DNA of 63,979 bases, filler included, from Dugesia japonica (taxonomy: Eukaryota): NCBI GenBank assembly GCA_001938525.1. It is 7 parts of 7 records of this genome, joined end to end, with 100 filler letters (N's around TTAATTAATTAA, not from the genome) between each part and the next. Parts side by side here need not be neighbours in the genome. Positions count along the whole stretch, not along the records: positions 55,751 to 63,979 come from MQRL01545984.1; 6 more parts are not named here. One strand, written 5' to 3'. Positions 63,290 to 63,979 of this stretch are shown here, one piece after another. Each line of letters begins with the position of its first letter. Within the stretch, counting starts at the first letter, position 1. The notes beneath the pieces are model-generated. The model was not told where the DNA came from, made no database searches, and saw nothing but the letters and a program-made list of their open reading frames with translations. A program made the position numbers and the translations under genes.

Positions 63290-63955
63290 GTACCGGAAAA
63301 NGAATAGTACTTGCATTTAATTGTTGTATCTAATAATGGAATCAATTAAAGTTCTACAGCTATAGTCACATGGTTTACTAAACTACTATCTTTTTCTGGT
63401 ACAAGAGCAATCTTAATATCTGCATATATTACGAAAGACGGTGTTATTATTTTTTCATAATTTTTGAATTTCAATTCTTTTTCCTCACGCATTTTATATA
63501 AGGTTGTCTTCTCTGTATTTGATCTACATAGAGATACATGACGATCAATTGTGGAATGAGTCTTGAAATCATGTAAGGGCTTGATACGACATTTTCTTCT
63601 AATTTTAATTTTCAGTGTTCGATCATCTAGATTCAGTAATTGATCCAAATTTACAACTGCAGTATAATGAAAGTCTTGTTGATTTTCCAAAACAAGTAAA
63701 ATTATATGGCGTCCATTTGGGTGTTTTGTTCTGAAAATGATATCCACATATGGATTTTTGCATAAAATTTCATTTCCTTCTTTATCAATAGTTATATTAT
63801 ATTTAAACACTGTTATTTATAAATTATTTTTCTTCTCACATTCTGGAATGTTGATGAGCTTCATCAGCATCTTCTACTTATCATATACTAATTCATTTCG
63901 GAAACTGTTATATTTTTGCGGTTGATATGGGTTATTCGTAACGATATCATATTTA
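63290..63955 (-). pseudogene. Polinton pPolB N-terminal/exonuclease-I region, degraded
   Basis: EKKNNL*ITVFKY, HIILLVL....HYTAV.NLDQLL, a damaged zinc finger, and LKFKNYEK...PSFVIYADI (FKNY..PFVxYADFE). Confidence 0.8.
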
Positions 63956-63979
63956 AGTACAGCAAGTATGATATATATA

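Overview
Very AT-rich eukaryotic DNA, probably an invertebrate (organism not identifiable from the sequence), made almost entirely of mobile elements and their debris. The window is not one locus: six artificial N-TTAATTAATTAA-N spacers join seven unrelated ~8-10 kb pieces, so adjacency across them means nothing. Main content: (i) a 9-kb piece of a Polinton/Maverick (adintovirus-like) genome at 46595-55650 (protein-primed PolB, core-like proteins, penton, adenain-type protease, a fibre-like protein built from a repeated unknown domain, a membrane protein, a repeat protein); (ii) two more pPolB pseudogenes and many AGTAG-type Polinton termini, including a 3.3-kb non-coding element with a near-perfect 6-bp TSD; (iii) an intronless TBP-like gene inside what looks like a Polinton-type element; (iv) a full-length degenerate Ty3/Gypsy element (58629-62905) and three Gypsy fragments; (v) MULE, hAT, Buster-like, CGGBP-like and Penelope remnants, the last tied to palindromic repeats whose consensus is a minimal hammerhead ribozyme; (vi) most novel-looking: an element family (three copies) sharing a structured ~175-bp TG..CA terminal module, two copies of which carry homologous small unknown ORFs, each behind a splice-acceptor-like site. 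No intact host gene can be supported. All family assignments are by-eye motif recognition, with no database searches.
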